Assembly (NCBI GenBank): GCA_965223415.1
Contig: OZ245002.1
Location: 384,001-448,000, forward strand
Direction of reading: 5' to 3'
Length of the DNA: 64,000 nucleotides
Origin: Myxococcota bacterium
GTDB taxonomy: Bacteria > Myxococcota_A > UBA9160 > UBA6930
Each line of letters opens with the position of its first letter. The stretch's first letter is position 1. The position numbers and the translations under genes were made by a program. Below are positions 37,644 to 47,255 of this stretch, one piece after another. The notes below the pieces were generated by a model that saw nothing but the letters and a program-made list of their open reading frames with translations, had not been told where the DNA came from and searched no databases.

Positions 37644-40310
37644 TCAATGGGCGTCCCGCCAGTGCGCTCCGGACCCGACGTCCACGACCAACGGAACGTC
37701 CAGGGCGTAGACCCCCTCCATCACCCCGCGAACGGCCTCGGCGAGCCCATCGGCCTCCCCGGCCGGGGCGTCGAAGACGAGCTCGTCGTGCACCTGCAGG
37801 ATCATGCGCGCGCCGAAGCCCTCGGCGCGCAGCGTGTCGGCCACCTCGATCATGGCCTTCTTGATCAGGTCGGCCGCCGTGCCCTGGATGACCGTGTTCA
37901 CGGCCATGCGTTCCGCGGCCATGCGCAGCCCCCGGTTGCGGGAGGCCAGGTCGGGCAGGTACCGCCGCCGGCCGAGCAGGGTGCGCACGAAGCCGTCCTG
38001 CTTGGCGGCGGCCTTGGTGTCGTCGAGGAAGCGGCGCACGCCCTGGTACTGAGCGAAGTAGCGGTCGATCGTCTCCTGGGCCTCACCCTGGGCGATGCCC
38101 AGCTGGCCCGCGATGCCGAAGGCGCTCGACCCGTAGATGATCCCGAAGTTGATCGCCTTCGCGGCGTCGCGCTGCTCGTCGGTCACGTCCTCGGGATCGA
38201 TCCCGCCGACCTCTGCCGCCGTGCGCCGGTGGATGTCGTCCCCGGAACGGAACGCCTCGATCAGGCTGGCGTCGCCGGAGAAGTGCGCCATCACCCGCAG
38301 CTCCACCTGGCTGTAGTCGGCGGAGACCAGCACGTTGCCCTCGGCGGGCACGAAGGCCTCGCGGATGCGGATGCCCTGGGCGGTGCGGATCGGGATGTTC
38401 TGGACGTTCGGGTTCGTGGACGAGAGCCGTCCGGTCGCGGCGCCCGTCTGGTTGAAGGTGGGATGGATGCGCCCGGTGGCCTCGTGCACCAGCGGCGGCA
38501 GGGCGTCCACGTAGGTGCTCTTCAGCTTGGCCAGGCGGCGGTAGGCGAGGATCTCGCCGGGCAGGTCGTGCTGGGCCGCGAGCTGCTCGAGCACGCCCTC
38601 GTCGGTCGAGAAGCCGGTCTTCGTCTTCTTGATCGGCGGCAGCCTGAGCTTGTCGAAGAGGATCACCTGGAGCTGCTTCGGCGAGCCGATCGTGAACTCC
38701 TCACCGGCCAGCTCGTAGATCCTTCCCTCGATGCGGGAGAGCTCGCTCTCGTACTCGAGGGAGAGCTCGGCGAGCTTCGCCTCGTCGACGCGCACGCCGG
38801 CCCGCTCCATGTCGGACAGCACCGCGGTGAGGGGCAGCTCGACGTCGTCGAAGAGGCCGCCCAGCGCGTCCTTCTCGAGCCGCACCCGGAGCGGCCCTTC
38901 GAGATCGCGCAGGGCCGAGGCCTCTTCCCCGGCCCAGGGCCCGGCCACGTCGATCGCGAGCTCGTGGGGCGGCGTGGCCTTGGCGCCGCGGCCCGCGATG
39001 TCCTCGAAGCTGCGCACCTTGCGACCGAGCGCGCCCTGCGCGAGGGCGGAAGTCGTGCGGTGGGCGGCCGGATCGAGCAGGAAGCCCGCCAGCTCGGCGT
39101 CGAAGTGCGGCGGCGGCAGGGCGTGGCCGGCCTCGGCGAAGACGGTCTGCAGGCGTTTCGTGTCGCGGCCGCCCCACGGCTTCGCCTTCTTTCCGGTGAC
39201 GTGGGCGGCAATTGCCTCCAGGGCCTCGGGCCAGGTGAGCTCGCAGGGGAACAGGCTGGCATGGCCCGGCGGCAGGTAGGCGGCGGCGGCGGCGGCGCAC
39301 GCCAGGGCCAGGCCCGCGGGCTCGCCGACCAGGCCGGTGGTCGGGTCGCCGCCGACCAGCGCCAGGGTGAGGCCGCCCGGGCCCGCCTTCGCGAGCCATG
39401 CCTCGAGCGCCTTCGCCGTGGTCAGGACGTCGGTCGCGGTCTCGGCCTGGGGCTCGGCGGGCGCGCCGCCCTCCAGATCCTCGAGCAGCCGCGTGAACTC
39501 CATGCGCTGGTAGAGGGCGCGGAGAGCCTCCGTGTCCGGCTCCGGGAGGCCGAGCTCGGCGGGCCCCAGGGGCAGGGGCACGTCGCTGCGCAGGGTGGCC
39601 AGCTGCTTCGACAGCCGCGCCTCTTCCGCCTGGCTCTCCAGGCCTTCGCGCGCCTTCTTCCCCTTCACCTCGACGGCGTGCTCGAGCAGGGTCTCGAGGT
39701 CGCCCCACTCGCCGATCAGCTTGGCGGCGCCCTTCTCGCCGATGCCCTTCACGCCGGGGATGTTGTCGGAGGGGTCGCCGACGAGCGCCCGCAGGTCGAG
39801 GAGCTGCTCCGGCGGCACCCCGAAGCGCGCCTCCACCTCCGCGGGACCGATGCGCTTGTCCTTCATCGTGTCGAGGAGCACCACCCGATCACTGACCAGC
39901 TGCATCAGGTCCTTGTCCGTGGAGACGATCACCACTTCGGTCTCGCCCGGTGTGTTCGCGACCAGGGTGGCGATGACGTCGTCCGCCTCGAAGCCCTCCA
40001 CCTCGAGGACCGGAATCGCCAGGGCGTCGATCAGCTCCCGGGCGACGGGGATCTGGGCCGACAGGTCCTCGGGCTGGGCGTCCCGGTTCGCCTTGTAGGC
40101 GGGGTAGATCTCCTTGCGAAAGCTGCCGCCGCGGGGATCCATCGCGATGACGATGCCGTCGGGGGCCTCCTCCCGGAGCACCTTCAGGACCATGTTCGCG
40201 AAGCCGTAGACCGCGTTGGTCGGGAAGCCGTCGGCGTTGCGAAGCGGCGGCACTCCGAAGAACGCGCGGTAGAGCGTGTTCGCCGCGTCGATCACGACCA
40301 GTCGGGGCAC
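37644..40310 (-). CDS. polA: DNA polymerase I
   Basis: 5'-3' exonuclease (EADDVIAT, DKD, GDPSDNIPGV.GIG), motif A DYSQVELR, motif B KAINFGIIYG, motif C QVHDE. Confidence 0.98.
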   Translation of the reverse strand: MPRLVVIDAANTLYRAFFGVPPLRNADGFPTNAVYGFANMVLKVLREEAPDGIVIAMDPRGGSFRKEIYPAYKANRDAQPEDLSAQIPVARELIDALAIPVLEVEGFEADDVIATLVANTPGETEVVIVSTDKDLMQLVSDRVVLLDTMKDKRIGPAEVEARFGVPPEQLLDLRALVGDPSDNIPGVKGIGEKGAAKLIGEWGDLETLLEHAVEVKGKKAREGLESQAEEARLSKQLATLRSDVPLPLGPAELGLPEPDTEALRALYQRMEFTRLLEDLEGGAPAEPQAETATDVLTTAKALEAWLAKAGPGGLTLALVGGDPTTGLVGEPAGLALACAAAAAAYLPPGHASLFPCELTWPEALEAIAAHVTGKKAKPWGGRDTKRLQTVFAEAGHALPPPHFDAELAGFLLDPAAHRTTSALAQGALGRKVRSFEDIAGRGAKATPPHELAIDVAGPWAGEEASALRDLEGPLRVRLEKDALGGLFDDVELPLTAVLSDMERAGVRVDEAKLAELSLEYESELSRIEGRIYELAGEEFTIGSPKQLQVILFDKLRLPPIKKTKTGFSTDEGVLEQLAAQHDLPGEILAYRRLAKLKSTYVDALPPLVHEATGRIHPTFNQTGAATGRLSSTNPNVQNIPIRTAQGIRIREAFVPAEGNVLVSADYSQVELRVMAHFSGDASLIEAFRSGDDIHRRTAAEVGGIDPEDVTDEQRDAAKAINFGIIYGSSAFGIAGQLGIAQGEAQETIDRYFAQYQGVRRFLDDTKAAAKQDGFVRTLLGRRRYLPDLASRNRGLRMAAERMAVNTVIQGTAADLIKKAMIEVADTLRAEGFGARMILQVHDELVFDAPAGEADGLAEAVRGVMEGVYALDVPLVVDVGSGAHWRDAH

Positions 40311-40338
40311 GTCGGCACGGTAGCAGAGGCGGGGCTAG

Positions 40339-42005
40339 CCTACTTCCCGTCCGAGAAGAGCCGTTCGTCGGCCTCTTAGTGGATCGTTGGCGGTCTTCGC
40401 GGGCGTTGAGAGTAGCGATGTCACAGCAGTCCCGGAGCCGTCGGGGTGAGTGAGCGACCGTGTTCCGATGCGCGGGCGCACGTGTCCACCGACCGAACCA
40501 CTCTCAGGGGTTCAGGCGAACTCGCGAGTCAGCAGGTGGCGGGCCAAGGCGACGAGGTTGAAGCTCGTCACACTGGCCCAGACATAGGCCTTGAAGGACG
40601 CCAGGCCCCGCCAGGTGCATCGGTCCATCTGGAACGCTCGCTTGAGCGTCGAGATCACGCCCTCGATCCCCGAGCGGAAGTCACGAAGGCGCCGGAAGAC
40701 CCAGGCGCTGCGCACCATCTCGTGGACCTCGAGTCCGCTCTTCTTGTTGAAGGCCATGTCTTCCACGCCGAGCGCCTTGGCCTTGGCAACGTTGTCCATG
40801 GACGCGAAGCCTCCGTCCATCGCCACTTGGCGGGGTGCCTTGCCGAAGAGATCTGCATGGCGCTCGAGCGTACGTTCGACCAGCGTCGAGTCCGTAGGGT
40901 TTCCTTCCTCGATGACACAGTCGAGGACGAGTGACGACCTGCCGCCAGTCAGACAGACCTTGTGACCGTAGTAGGTGCCTCGATTGTCCTTCACGAGGAT
41001 GTCCGAGTGCGGCTCGAAGATCGACACGATCTTCTCGGCTGCAGGGACGCGCTCGCCTTCGAGGACACGGCGACGGCTCTGATCGATGACGCGCTCGACG
41101 AGGGGAAGCACCGCGAGGAGCTCTTCGCGAAGCGGCGTCGTGTCTTCGACTCGGGCGACCCTCTCCGCGACGCTACGGGCCGCTTGGCAGACCTCTTCCG
41201 TGGCCCGGATCATGCACCGATAGCTCGCGACCAGGTTGATCGACCGCCGGTGGAACTTGATCGCGTAGGCGCGTCGCTTCACGCAACGACGACGATCCGG
41301 GAACATCTTGCGCAGCGAAGGGCGTTGCTTCGCCATCCTTCGCAAAATCCGCGTCATCACCCGAACGCTGTCCCAGAGCAGGGCCGAGTCGGCGGGCTCG
41401 TGGATGTTCGCCTCGACGACCGTCGTATCCGCCCGAATCGTCTCGCCTCGTTCGATTCCTTCCCGGCGAGCCAGGCCGATCAACGCACGGTGGATGGCTT
41501 CCCACGTCTCGGGCCGGATCCGTTTGACGTTGTCCTGAAGGGTCTGGAAGCGGGGCCAGTCACCGAGCCCGAGTCCTACGAAGCTGCGGAAGGCGGCCGA
41601 GTCCTGGAGGTGAAACTCCAACTCCCGGTAGCTCAGCCCGTGGATCTGCTTGAGTAGGGCGATTCGAAGGACCTGATCGCCGCTGAGGCCCCGACGGCCG
41701 GTATCGGCGCGACGTTCCCCGATCAGATCTCCGTGCACAACAGCACCCAAGCGCGGATCCGCCCCGAGGATCCTGGCGATCATCTGCAGCTCTCGGGTAT
41801 GTTGATGCGGACCCCATGTGGGCGTGAGTGAGAGCTGAGTTTCTCGGAATCGGCGCATCGCTTCACCCCCCGGTTGGCGAATTGCTGTGTATGTTCGGTA
41901 GGTTGGCACCACCTAACATACACCAATCGCAACTCGATCGGGAGGCGCGTTTGCGCCAATTCCTTTTCTTCTCAGTGACTTACGAGTTCTTGGACGGGAA
42001 GTAGC
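40339..42005 (-). mobile_element. Complete insertion sequence (IS5-like/ISNCY DDE), 1667 bp, CTAG target duplication
   Basis: Terminal IRs CCTACTTCCCGTCCGAGAA (40339-40357) and GCTACTTCCCGTCCAAGAA (reverse complement, 41987-42005), 17/19 identical; CTAG at 40335-40338 and 42006-42009; lower GC than flanks. Confidence 0.92.
40512..41858 (-). CDS. DDE transposase (DDE_Tnp_1; IS5-like/ISNCY)
   Basis: LSYRELEFHL, IRADTTVVEANIHEP.DS.LL, KIVSIFEPH, DGGFAS, FRSGIEGVISTLKR; intact ORF. Confidence 0.92.
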   Translation of the reverse strand: MRRFRETQLSLTPTWGPHQHTRELQMIARILGADPRLGAVVHGDLIGERRADTGRRGLSGDQVLRIALLKQIHGLSYRELEFHLQDSAAFRSFVGLGLGDWPRFQTLQDNVKRIRPETWEAIHRALIGLARREGIERGETIRADTTVVEANIHEPADSALLWDSVRVMTRILRRMAKQRPSLRKMFPDRRRCVKRRAYAIKFHRRSINLVASYRCMIRATEEVCQAARSVAERVARVEDTTPLREELLAVLPLVERVIDQSRRRVLEGERVPAAEKIVSIFEPHSDILVKDNRGTYYGHKVCLTGGRSSLVLDCVIEEGNPTDSTLVERTLERHADLFGKAPRQVAMDGGFASMDNVAKAKALGVEDMAFNKKSGLEVHEMVRSAWVFRRLRDFRSGIEGVISTLKRAFQMDRCTWRGLASFKAYVWASVTSFNLVALARHLLTREFA

Positions 42006-42015
42006 CTAGGCGGTG

Positions 42016-42327
42016 ATGGCGACTCCCGAGCACCCTCCGCGGCGCCCGCGCGCGACCTATCGGCCGACATTCACGCTCTCGATCCTCTACCTGTTCGGCT
42101 TCTTCGTCCTCTACGGCCTGATGCTCGCGGGGTGGGACCTCTTCCAGGCGTTCCAACAGCTCCCGCCGGGCCCCGAGCAGCTCACGCCCGAAGAGCAGGA
42201 GCTCGCCAGGGAGACCGCCCGCCGCGCCCTGGGCGGCGGCAAGCTCTACGTCTGCCTCGCCGCCGCCGCCGCCACCGTCTTCCTCGCCAGCTACCTCGAC
42301 GTCCTCCCCGGCCTGCGCCGCCGCTGA
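42016..42327 (+). CDS. Small 2-TM membrane protein
   Basis: Two hydrophobic helices, ends LPGLRRR; host-like codon usage. Confidence 0.75.
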   Translation: MATPEHPPRRPRATYRPTFTLSILYLFGFFVLYGLMLAGWDLFQAFQQLPPGPEQLTPEEQELARETARRALGGGKLYVCLAAAAATVFLASYLDVLPGLRRR

Positions 42328-42407
42328 CCTCGCAGCGCAACAGACGGAACGGCCCCCAACGCAACATCCCGCGACGCAACGAGCGGAACCGGCCCCCAGA
42401 AGCAACG

Positions 42408-42647
42408 TCAGGCGGTCTTCCCTGCGATGTAGCGCTCGACGTCGGCGACGGTCTGGAGGGCTTCGGCGTCCGCGTCGGGGACGACGATGTCGAAGGTCTC
42501 CTCGAGGGCCATGACGAGCTCGACCACGTCGAGGGAATCGGCGCCCAGGTCGTCGAGGATGCGAGCCTCGGGGACGACCTCGCCGTGGTCGACGCCGAGC
42601 TGGTTGGCGACGATCTCGCGCAGGCGGGCCAGCAGGTCTTGGTTCAT
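42408..42647 (-). CDS. Acyl carrier protein
   Basis: [23 protein letters not shown] phosphopantetheine motif. Confidence 0.95.
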   Translation of the reverse strand: MNQDLLARLREIVANQLGVDHGEVVPEARILDDLGADSLDVVELVMALEETFDIVVPDADAEALQTVADVERYIAGKTA

Positions 42648-42658
42648 CGGTCGGTTCC

Positions 42659-43303
42659 TCAGGGAGCGCTACGCATGCCGCGCAGGAAGATCTCGACCAT
42701 GTCGCGGAAGACCTGGTCGAGGGGTCGATCGCGGAGCTTCCGCCGCGGCGCGGCGAGCTCGGTCTGGATCACGCCGTTCGCCATGGTCCACAGGATGTTC
42801 GCCACCTCCCAGCTGTCGCAGGGGGCGAACTCGCCCTGGGCCACGCCGCGCTCGATGGCGTCGGCCAGGATCTGGAGGCAGCTCTGCCAGAGCCGGGTGA
42901 TCTCCTGGACCAGGGCTTCGGGCAGGTCGCCGATCACGTCCTGGTTGTCGAGGGCCCAGAAGATCTGGAAGTTCTCCCGGTTGCGGGTCCAGTGGTCGAC
43001 GTAGAAGCGGCCGAGCTCGCGAATCTGGTCCGCCGCCGTGCCCGGCGCGTGGGCGGCCTCGTTCATCCGCGCCTGGAAGATGGCGCCGCCGTCGGCGAGG
43101 AGCGCCACGTACAGGTCGCCCTTGTTCTCGAAGTAGCGGTAGAGGGTGCCCTTCGCGACGCCGGCGATCTGCGCGACCTCGTCGAGGTTCGCGTTCATGA
43201 AGCCGTCCCGGAAGAAGACGCCCCGCGCGGCCTCAAGGATCTTGCCCCGCTGGAGGGTCCGCCGGTCGCCTCCCCGCGGCGGCTCAGGCCCCGACGTCGT
43301 CAC
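42659..43303 (-). CDS. TetR/AcrR family regulator
   Basis: ILEAA..VF...[24 protein letters not shown]. Confidence 0.93.
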   Translation of the reverse strand: MTTSGPEPPRGGDRRTLQRGKILEAARGVFFRDGFMNANLDEVAQIAGVAKGTLYRYFENKGDLYVALLADGGAIFQARMNEAAHAPGTAADQIRELGRFYVDHWTRNRENFQIFWALDNQDVIGDLPEALVQEITRLWQSCLQILADAIERGVAQGEFAPCDSWEVANILWTMANGVIQTELAAPRRKLRDRPLDQVFRDMVEIFLRGMRSAP

Positions 43304-44243
43304 TGCCCTCGTACCGGTAGGGCTCGAAGAGCTTCGTGTTCAGGTAGCGCTCGCCGAAGCTCGGGATGATGGTCACGACGAGCTTGCCCTCGTTCTCGGG
43401 CTTCTTCCCGTACTCGATCGCGGCGCACACGGCGGCGCCGGACGAGATCCCACAGAGAATGCCCTCCTCGGCGGCGAGGCGACGGGCCATGTCGAAGGCC
43501 GCGTCAGCACTCACGGTGATCACCCCGTCCACCAGTTCCCGGTCGAGGACGTCGGGAACGAAGCCGGCGCCGATGCCCTGGATGGGATGCGGGCCGGGCG
43601 AGCCGCCGGAGAGCACCGGGCTCGCCTCAGGCTCCACGGCGATGGCCTGGAACGAGGGCTTCTTCTCCTTCAGCACCTGGGCCACGCCGGTGATCGTGCC
43701 GCCGGTGCCGACGCCGGAGATCAGGGCGTCGACCTGCCCGTCCGTGTCCTCCCAGATCTCCAACGCCGTGGTGTTGCGGTGGACCTCCGGGTTGGCCGGG
43801 TTCATGAACTGCTGGGGCATGAAGGCGTCCGGGATGTCCGAGGTGAGTTGGTTCGCCTTCTCGACGGCACCGCGCATGCCCTTGGCGCCCTCGGTCAGCA
43901 CGAGCTTGGCGCCGAACACGCGCAGGGTGATGCGCCGCTCCTGGCTCATCGTCTCGGGCATCACCAGGATGCAGTCGTAGCCCTTCACCGCCGCGACGAA
44001 CGCCAGCGCGATGCCCGTGTTCCCGCTGGTGGGCTCGACGATCACGGTCTTCCCGGGTGTGATGACGCCCTCGCGCTCCGCGGCCTCGATCATCGCCAGG
44101 CCGATCCGATCCTTCACGCTCGCCGCCGGATTCTGCCCCTCGAGCTTGCCGACGATCTGGGCGTTCGCGCCCTCGGTGACCTTGTTGATGCGTACCAGCG
44201 GAGTGCGCCCGATCAGCTCGGTGACATCATTGGCGATCTTCAT
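43284..44243 (-). CDS. cysK: Cysteine synthase A
   Basis: [36 protein letters not shown]. Confidence 0.97.
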   Translation of the reverse strand: MKIANDVTELIGRTPLVRINKVTEGANAQIVGKLEGQNPAASVKDRIGLAMIEAAEREGVITPGKTVIVEPTSGNTGIALAFVAAVKGYDCILVMPETMSQERRITLRVFGAKLVLTEGAKGMRGAVEKANQLTSDIPDAFMPQQFMNPANPEVHRNTTALEIWEDTDGQVDALISGVGTGGTITGVAQVLKEKKPSFQAIAVEPEASPVLSGGSPGPHPIQGIGAGFVPDVLDRELVDGVITVSADAAFDMARRLAAEEGILCGISSGAAVCAAIEYGKKPENEGKLVVTIIPSFGERYLNTKLFEPYRYEGSDDVGA

Positions 44244-44281
44244 GCTGCTCCTCCTGCGTGGAGAGCGTCCGAGCTTACCCC

Positions 44282-44365
44282 GGCTCCCGGAGCGAGTCAT
44301 CCGGAAGCCGAACCGCCGGGCTCCCGGAGCGAGTCATCCGGAAGCCGATCCACCGGGCTGCCGGA
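44282..44365. repeat. 37-bp-period tandem duplication covering the truD 3' end
   Basis: GGCTCCCGGAGCGAGTCATCCGGAAGCCGA at 44282-44311 and 44319-44348; partial third copy at 44356-44365. Confidence 0.9.
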
Positions 44366-45341
44366 CCGCGTCGTCGGAGACGCCGAACACCGATGCCACG
44401 AGCACAGTGGCGTAGCTCCCGGGCGGCAGCTCGAAGGCGAGGCGCAGCGCATCGTCCCCGGTTCGCTCCCAGCCGAGCTCTCGCGGACGTACCCGCAGCG
44501 GCCGCCGCCCTCCCCGGATGCGCAGGCCCCGCGGCGGGACGAACGGGTCGGGCAGGCCCCACTCGGCGAGCCAGCGCGCCTCCCGCTCACCGGGGGCGCC
44601 CATCGGGCGCGTCATGCGCGTTCCGACGATCGGCCCGCTGGGGCTGATCTCGAAGGTGACCGCCCGGCGGTTCTCGGCTGCCTCGTCCTCGACCCGGAAG
44701 CTGGCGCCGGAGTCGTGCTTCCAGGCGATCTCCCCGGCCTCGACGCGATCGAGGGGAAGGCTGCGCCGCTCGAGGAAGGCGTTGAAGAGATGGGCCTGGT
44801 AGGCGGAGACGAGGAAGCGCGCGCCTCGGCGATCGCCCCCGAGCCGCCCGGTCGCGAGGATGGCGCGGCCGCGCTCGGCGTTCTCACGGTCGCGCCCGAA
44901 GCGTTGGGCACCGAAGCGGTTGGGGACACCCCGCTCGGCGAGCTCCGGCAGCCGTCGCTCGGCCTGGGCGAGCTCCGCCGATGCGAGTTCGCGGATCGTG
45001 AGCTCGAAGCGGTTGCCGGCGAGCTGACCGGTCCGCAGCTTGTGCCGGTGCGGATGCGCCTCGAGCACCCGCCAGCCCTCCCCGGAGAGCCCGAGGGCGC
45101 GGGCGGGCTCGAGGCCCGGCACCGAGAGCCACTGGCGCGCCACGGCGACCCGGTCCTTTCGCCCGGCGTATCCCACCTCCCGAGCCGGGACGCCGGCGGC
45201 CCGCGCCAGGGAACGCGCCACCTGCTCCGTGTTGGCAAGCCGCTTCTCGATCCGCACGAAGGTGTGCTCGCCCTCGCCGCAGGGCGGGTAGAGCGGCAGC
45301 TCCTCGACGACGAAGTCCTCGGGCGTCGCCGCGAGCTTCAC
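44334..45341 (-). CDS. truD: tRNA pseudouridine(13) synthase
   Basis: PEDFVVEE, GEGEH, YAGRKDR.AV..QW, GNRF, PN.FG.QRFG, F.LP.GSYAT. Confidence 0.95.
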   Translation of the reverse strand: MKLAATPEDFVVEELPLYPPCGEGEHTFVRIEKRLANTEQVARSLARAAGVPAREVGYAGRKDRVAVARQWLSVPGLEPARALGLSGEGWRVLEAHPHRHKLRTGQLAGNRFELTIRELASAELAQAERRLPELAERGVPNRFGAQRFGRDRENAERGRAILATGRLGGDRRGARFLVSAYQAHLFNAFLERRSLPLDRVEAGEIAWKHDSGASFRVEDEAAENRRAVTFEISPSGPIVGTRMTRPMGAPGEREARWLAEWGLPDPFVPPRGLRIRGGRRPLRVRPRELGWERTGDDALRLAFELPPGSYATVLVASVFGVSDDAVRQPGGSASG

Positions 45342-46135
45342 GAGGCGGGGAAGAGCGGCAGCTGACTCACCGGCGCGTAGGAGCGGCGGTGGATCGGGCA
45401 CGGGCCGGCGCGACGCAGCGCGGCTAGGTGCTCGCCGGTGGCGTAGCCCTTGTGTCGGGCGAAGCCGTAGCCCGGGTACCTCGCGTCGAGCCGGAGCATG
45501 ATCGCATCGCGATGCACCTTCGCCACGATGGAGGCCGCTGCGATCGACGCGTCTTTGCCGTCTCCTCCGACCAGCGGGGTCTGGGGCACCTCCAGGCCCG
45601 GGATCGTGCGGGCGTCGACGAGCACGTGATCCGGCGCGACCGGAAGGTCGGCAACCGCGCCGCCCATCGCCCGCAGGCTGGCCTGGTAGATGTTGATGCG
45701 GTCGATCTCCTCGGTCCACACCTCGCACACGCCGACGCCCACGGCCTGCTCACGGATCGCCGCGTCGAGCCGCTCCCGCTCCTCGCGGGTGAGCCGCTTC
45801 GAATCGTCGAGCCCGGGCAGCTCCGGCGTGTCGACGAGCACCACCGCCGCTGCCACCACCGGCCCGGCGAGCGGCCCCACGCCGACCTCGTCCACGCCGG
45901 CGACGACCCGCGCCCCCGTGGCCCGAAGCTCGTCGCGCAAGCGGAAGAGCCGCTCCATGCGTCGCCGCTCGCGCCCGAGCCGCGCCGCCCGGCGCCGGCA
46001 GCGGCCCGCCAGGGCCTGGGCGCCGGCGCGCCCGTCCGCCTGGAGCTCGGCGGCCAGCCGCCGCAGACCGGACTCGCTGGTCGCCGCCCGCGCGCGCTCC
46101 TGGAGGGACGCGAGGGACGGCTGCCGCCGGCTCAC
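45338..46135 (-). CDS. rnhB: Ribonuclease HII
   Basis: AGVDEVGVGPLAGPVVAAAV, DDSK, SIAAASIVAKV.RD, HKGYAT, IHRRSY. Confidence 0.96.
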   Translation of the reverse strand: MSRRQPSLASLQERARAATSESGLRRLAAELQADGRAGAQALAGRCRRRAARLGRERRRMERLFRLRDELRATGARVVAGVDEVGVGPLAGPVVAAAVVLVDTPELPGLDDSKRLTREERERLDAAIREQAVGVGVCEVWTEEIDRINIYQASLRAMGGAVADLPVAPDHVLVDARTIPGLEVPQTPLVGGDGKDASIAAASIVAKVHRDAIMLRLDARYPGYGFARHKGYATGEHLAALRRAGPCPIHRRSYAPVSQLPLFPAS

Positions 46136-47154
46136 TCGTCCTCCTTGGTCTTCTTCTCGAGGGCGCGAAGCCGCCGCAGCAGGTCCGGCAGCCGCGCGAA
46201 GACCGACATCGAGCGGTGCCAGGCGCGCTCCGGAATCGACGGGAACCCCCACACCCGGCTGCCGGGCTCCAGGTTCTCGATCACGCCGCCCCGCGCGCCG
46301 ACGAAGCTGCCGTCGCCAACGGTGATGTGCCCGCCCGCGCCCGACTGGGCCATCATGATCACCCGGTCGCCGAGCTTCGCCGTGCCTGCGATCCCGGTCT
46401 GGGCCACCAGGATGCCGTGCTCCCCGATCTCGACGTTGTGGCCCACCATCACCAGGTTGTCGATCTTCGTGCCGCGCCCGATCCGGGTCGTCCCGAGCCG
46501 CGCCCGGTCCACCGTGCTGTTGGCGCCGATCTCCACATCGTCCTCGAGCACCACGTTCCCCACCTGGGGCACCTTCTCGTGCTCGCCGCGCTCGTTGAAC
46601 TCGTAGCCGAAGCCGTCCCCGCCGATCGCCGCGCCGGGCTGCAGGATCACCCGATCGCCGAGCCTACATCCTTCGCGCACCACCGACCCCGCGTGCAGCC
46701 AGCAGTCCCGTCCCACCGTGGTCCCGGCCCCAACGACCACCCGCGCGCCGACCACCGTCTCCGCCCCGATCGCGGCTCCGCTCTCGACGACGGCCAGGGC
46801 GCCCACCGAAGCCGAGGGGTCGACCTTGGCATCCTCCGCCACGACGGCGCTCGGGTGGATCCCGACGGGGGGGCGCGGAGGCGGGCGAAGCCAGCCCGTC
46901 ACCCGGGCGAAGTCGAGGTTGGGGAGAGGGGAGCGGATCACGGGGCGATCGCCGACGTCGACGTCGGGCGGAGCGATCACCGCGCCGAGGGACGACTCGG
47001 CCAGGGCCGCGGCGTAGGAGGCCGAGCGGAGGAAGCCCAGGTCGCGCGGGCCGCCGTCTTCGATGCCGGCGACGTCCTCCACCATGAACGCCGCGTCGCC
47101 TTCGACGACGCGGCCGCCCAGCCGCTCCGCGAGCTCCCCGAGCGCGATCCCCAT
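46132..47154 (-). CDS. lpxD: UDP-3-O-acylglucosamine N-acyltransferase
   Basis: Hexapeptide repeats; GGDGFGY, PQVG.V, EIGANSTVDR, TKIDNLV.VGHN. Confidence 0.96.
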   Translation of the reverse strand: MGIALGELAERLGGRVVEGDAAFMVEDVAGIEDGGPRDLGFLRSASYAAALAESSLGAVIAPPDVDVGDRPVIRSPLPNLDFARVTGWLRPPPRPPVGIHPSAVVAEDAKVDPSASVGALAVVESGAAIGAETVVGARVVVGAGTTVGRDCWLHAGSVVREGCRLGDRVILQPGAAIGGDGFGYEFNERGEHEKVPQVGNVVLEDDVEIGANSTVDRARLGTTRIGRGTKIDNLVMVGHNVEIGEHGILVAQTGIAGTAKLGDRVIMMAQSGAGGHITVGDGSFVGARGGVIENLEPGSRVWGFPSIPERAWHRSMSVFARLPDLLRRLRALEKKTKEDE

Positions 47155-47175
47155 CGCGTTGAAGCTAGCGCGGGT

Positions 47176-47255
47176 GTGAGACAAGGGGACGTTCCTTTCT
47201 GTCTCACCGATCCCGACTCCGCCGTGAGACAGAAAGGAACGTCCCCTTGTCTCAC
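47176..47255. repeat. REP-doublet (REPIN-like) inverted repeat no. 2
   Basis: Perfect 32-bp arms 47176-47207 and 47224-47255, 16-nt spacer, same GGGGACGTTCCTT core as 11302-11384; CTAGCGCG direct repeats at 47165-47172 and 47255-47262. Confidence 0.9.

Noticed and set aside
38900..39420. Degenerate 3'-5' exonuclease domain in PolA (no DxE Exo I motif)
   Set aside because: Real, but common in many bacterial PolA proteins.
37521..40379. Very long antisense and alternative-frame ORFs (952 aa opposite polA; also 18716-21565, 43146-45365, 48109-50301, 52304-54472)
   Set aside because: These are shadow ORFs expected from high GC3 codon bias. They have no motifs and overlap well-supported genes.
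42408..44243. ACP plus cysK as a secondary-metabolite cluster
   Set aside because: CysK is canonical, and no KS, adenylation or tailoring genes are nearby.
44282..44365. Possible mini-CRISPR (30-bp repeats)
   Set aside because: Only 7 nt between repeats, the repeat includes truD coding sequence, and no cas genes are present.
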